Origin: an uncultured Candidatus Micrarchaeota archaeon
Lineage (GTDB): Archaea > Micrarchaeota > Micrarchaeia > Anstonellales > Bilamarchaeaceae
Direction of reading: 5' to 3'
Assembly: GCA_963714085.1 (NCBI GenBank)
Contig: OY970229.1
Coordinates: 376,392 to 440,391 of the forward strand
Length of the DNA: 64,000 nucleotides
This document shows, one piece after another, positions 61,709-64,000 of this stretch. Each line of letters opens with the position of its first letter. Position 1 is the stretch's first letter. The notes beneath the pieces are model-generated. The model was not told the DNA's origin, searched no databases, and worked only from the letters and a program-made list of their open reading frames with translations. The position numbers and the translations under genes are program-made.

Positions 61709-63079
61709 ATGGCAAAGACGTACATAGATACAGTGAAATATCTCGTATACACCAACGTCGACATCGGCGGCCTGGTGGAGAAGCCCGACGTGGTCGGCGC
61801 GATATTCGGCCAGACCGAGGGCCTGCTGGGCGACGAGCTCGACCTCAGGGACCTGCAGAAGAACGGCAGGATCGGCAGGATAGAGGTCGACCTCAACGGC
61901 AGGGAGGGCAGGACCGTGGGAACGATAAAGATACCCAGCTCCCTGGACATGGTGGAGACCTGCATAATCGCGGCGGCGCTCGAGACAGTCGACAGAATAG
62001 GGCCGTGCGAGGCCAGGCTCAAGGTAATGAAGGTGGAGGACACGCGGAACCTCAAGAGGAAGGCCCTCGTGGACCGCGCAAAGAGCCTGCTCAAGAACCT
62101 GCTCGTGGACGAGATACCAGAGAGCAAGGAGATATCCGACATGGTCCGCGACGAGGTCAAGATGGCCGAGATCGTGGAGTACGGACCGGAGCGCCTCTCA
62201 GCAGGGCCGGGCGTGGCCAGGAGCGACGAGCTCATCCTGGTAGAAGGCAGGGCGGACGTGGTGAACATGCTCAAGAACGACATCACCAACGTGATCGCCA
62301 TAGGAGGCGCCAAGGTGCCCCGCAGCATCCCGGAGCTCTCCAGGAAGAAGGAGGTCACCGCGTTCCTGGACGGCGACCGCGGAGGGGACATCATCCTCAA
62401 CGAGCTCGTGCAGGGAGGCGTGGAGGTCGAATTCGTCGCACGCGCGCCCCAGGGCAAGGAGGTCGAGGAGCTGACACGGAAGGAGCTCATAAAGTGCATC
62501 CGCTCCAAGGTGCCCTTCGAGGACAGCGCGTCGCAGAAGCCGAAGAAATACGAGGAGAGGCCGGATTTCAGGAAGAAGTTCCAGCAGCCTAGGAGACCGG
62601 AGTTCCAGGCCAGGGACGAACAGGCCGTGCCCGACGAGCCGGACAGGCCCTCCGAACCGATAGAGTTCGAGAGGCTGGACAGCCCGACGGTCGTGGACAA
62701 GCCGATAATCCTTGAACCGGCTCCAGTGCCGGGTCCGATGCCCCTGCCAAGGCAGGCGCCGAGGATGATCGAGCCGGCTCCGAGGCCAGGGCTCGACATG
62801 CAGTTCCTGATGAGGGAGCTCGACGGCCTGAACAACACGCTGAGCGCGAAGTTCTACGGCGCGGGGAGCGAGAAGATGGCGGAGATGAAGGTCAGGGACG
62901 TGATAAAATCGCTGGAGGACAGCAGGGACGTCCAGGCCATAGTCTTCGACGGCATCATAACCCAGCGCCTCGTGGACCTGGCCGCCAACAAGGGCGTGAA
63001 GGTGCTTGTCGGCGTGAAGATCGGCAACGTGAACAAGAGGCCGGCTGGCATCGAGATCGCGACCAAGAGCGGCGGATGA
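61709..63079 (+). CDS. dnaG: Archaeal DnaG-type primase (TOPRIM)
   Basis: MAKTYIDTVKYLVYTNVDIGGLVEKPDVVGAIFGQTEGLLG..., and a TOPRIM region ELILVEGRADVVNMLKNDITNVIAIGGAKVP...FLDGDRGGDII. ATG 61709 has aaggtga 6 nt upstream (the track start at 61700 is GTG). Confidence 0.93.
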   Translation: MAKTYIDTVKYLVYTNVDIGGLVEKPDVVGAIFGQTEGLLGDELDLRDLQKNGRIGRIEVDLNGREGRTVGTIKIPSSLDMVETCIIAAALETVDRIGPCEARLKVMKVEDTRNLKRKALVDRAKSLLKNLLVDEIPESKEISDMVRDEVKMAEIVEYGPERLSAGPGVARSDELILVEGRADVVNMLKNDITNVIAIGGAKVPRSIPELSRKKEVTAFLDGDRGGDIILNELVQGGVEVEFVARAPQGKEVEELTRKELIKCIRSKVPFEDSASQKPKKYEERPDFRKKFQQPRRPEFQARDEQAVPDEPDRPSEPIEFERLDSPTVVDKPIILEPAPVPGPMPLPRQAPRMIEPAPRPGLDMQFLMRELDGLNNTLSAKFYGAGSEKMAEMKVRDVIKSLEDSRDVQAIVFDGIITQRLVDLAANKGVKVLVGVKIGNVNKRPAGIEIATKSGG

Positions 63080-63140
63080 TTTTTCTTTTTTCTTATCTTT
63101 ATTTTCCTTTATTGTAGGCAATTCCTGCCAGTACCCGCAG

Positions 63141-64000
63141 CTACCTGATTTTTTGGGGGATGACCCCGCGCTGGAACTTGTTGGATTCGACGTCATAGGT
63201 CACGTTTCTTATTTTCCCGTTTTTTTCTAAATCGTATGTTGACAGGCTGCTGGGTACGGTCGGCGCGAACAAGTCCGCTCCCCAGACCCTGGAGAGCAGC
63301 GCTCCGATGGATTTCTCGTCTTGCCCGGTCGAGCAGGATTCCAAGATGACGGTCGGCTTATCTACGAAATATTGCTTGACCGCGGCCAGCTTGGGGCCGT
63401 CCGTGAGGTCGAGCGTGTTCTCGTCCCTCAATGGGCTGAGTGGGGGTTTGCCAAGGAGTATCCGATCCGGTGATCCGTGCCCGGCTATCAGCATCGTGTC
63501 TATCTTTCCATAATCGCCGGACATCTCCTTGATTCTCGCGTAGACCTCCTTATCGGAGTTGACCTCGACTACGACCACGTTGTAATATTTCATGAGGGAT
63601 TCCAATTGCCCTCCGACACGGTAAAAGGCGCCGGGCGGATCGCTTTTACTGAAGACGGCGAGCAGCACCGGCTTGCTGTTCGCGACCTTGTTGCTCATGT
63701 CCTCGAGCTGTTTTTTGGAATACCTGCCGAAATACTCTATTCCGAACTTGCGGTTCAGAAGTTTTGTTTTCTCCTCGCCTATCGTGGCTATCCCATAGGC
63801 GAAGTTCGCGCACACCTCCACGCTGGATTTCGGTATGCCGAGCGAGGATGCGAGCTTTTGCGCCTTCGGATAATGGTCTATGTATCTCACAACCAATTCG
63901 ATGAACTCGTACGGAGGAGTCGGCGCCTTGCCCGCTGATTCAAGAGGTGCGAACAAGGGGAACGCTTCTTTGGCGTATTCCCTTATCTTCCTGAACGCAT
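63141..64000 (-). CDS. Hypothetical protein, 5'-truncated by the right edge; possible His/Cys-dyad (clan-CD-like) fold
   Basis: The frame stays open upstream of the track's TTG start to position 64000 (..AFRKIREYAKEAFPLFAPLE..). It contains ..TMLIAGHGSPDRILLG.. and ..PTVILESCSTGQDE.., which is the spacing and order of a His-Gly ... Cys catalytic dyad. Confidence 0.55.
   Translation of the reverse strand, partial: AFRKIREYAKEAFPLFAPLESAGKAPTPPYEFIELVVRYIDHYPKAQKLASSLGIPKSSVEVCANFAYGIATIGEEKTKLLNRKFGIEYFGRYSKKQLEDMSNKVANSKPVLLAVFSKSDPPGAFYRVGGQLESLMKYYNVVVVEVNSDKEVYARIKEMSGDYGKIDTMLIAGHGSPDRILLGKPPLSPLRDENTLDLTDGPKLAAVKQYFVDKPTVILESCSTGQDEKSIGALLSRVWGADLFAPTVPSSLSTYDLEKNGKIRNVTYDVESNKFQRGVIPQKIR

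Noticed and set aside
1-64000. tRNA, rRNA and CRISPR scan by eye of all intergenic gaps
   Set aside because: I found no cloverleaf-compatible sequence with a GTTCRAATC-type T-loop, no rRNA-like conserved strings, and no repeat-spacer array. Absence by eye is weak evidence, so tRNAscan-SE and Infernal should confirm.

Overview
High-GC archaeal chromosomal window. The archaeal call rests on MCM, archaeal-type DnaG, ribosomal protein S8e, Trm5/Trm1/TruD, archaeal-type LeuRS and MetRS, a class III signal peptide pilin, TATA-box promoters about 20-30 nt upstream of start codons, and oligo-T terminators. The compact gene packing, with several ATGA start/stop overlaps, suggests a small-genome, possibly DPANN-like archaeon, but that is inference only. 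The dominant feature is one uninterrupted minus-strand block (22206-49888). It runs: coiled-coil/winged-helix protein, then three tandem giant (1784-2541 aa) parallel beta-helix, N-x-S/T-rich, C-terminally membrane-anchored surface proteins, then a Tad/type-IV-pilus-like operon (FlaI/TadA-type ATPase, a 571-aa E/K/P-rich repeat protein, two T2SSF-domain membrane proteins, a pilin). A fourth giant paralog starts at 2040 and runs off the left edge; the supplied ORF track omits it because it has no stop in the window. All four paralogs carry the same CTTTTTAAAT promoter box 19-20 nt from the ATG. Paralogs 2 and 3 share a near-identical 3' cassette, and a remnant of the upstream gene sits between them as a duplication scar. 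Other notable items: (1) a LAGLIDADG intein inserted exactly at the third Cys of the CX3CX2C motif of an AmmeMemoRadiSam-type radical SAM enzyme; (2) a ~385-nt noncoding island (60570-60953) with nested helices and a tandemly duplicated ~100-nt hairpin domain showing a compensatory base-pair change, which is a candidate structured ncRNA of unknown class; (3) a grpE-dnaK-J-dnaJ operon with an extra J-domain-only gene and a divergent wHTH regulator; (4) an AT-rich RelE-type toxin-antitoxin pair; (5) a four-gene ATGA-coupled operon (HTH-CBS regulator, TruD, Trm1, PP2C phosphatase). I recognised no rRNA, tRNA or CRISPR array. Many long ORFs in the supplied track are stop-free alternate or antisense frames of real genes, and several listed starts are GTG/TTG extensions that I moved to the nearest supported ATG.
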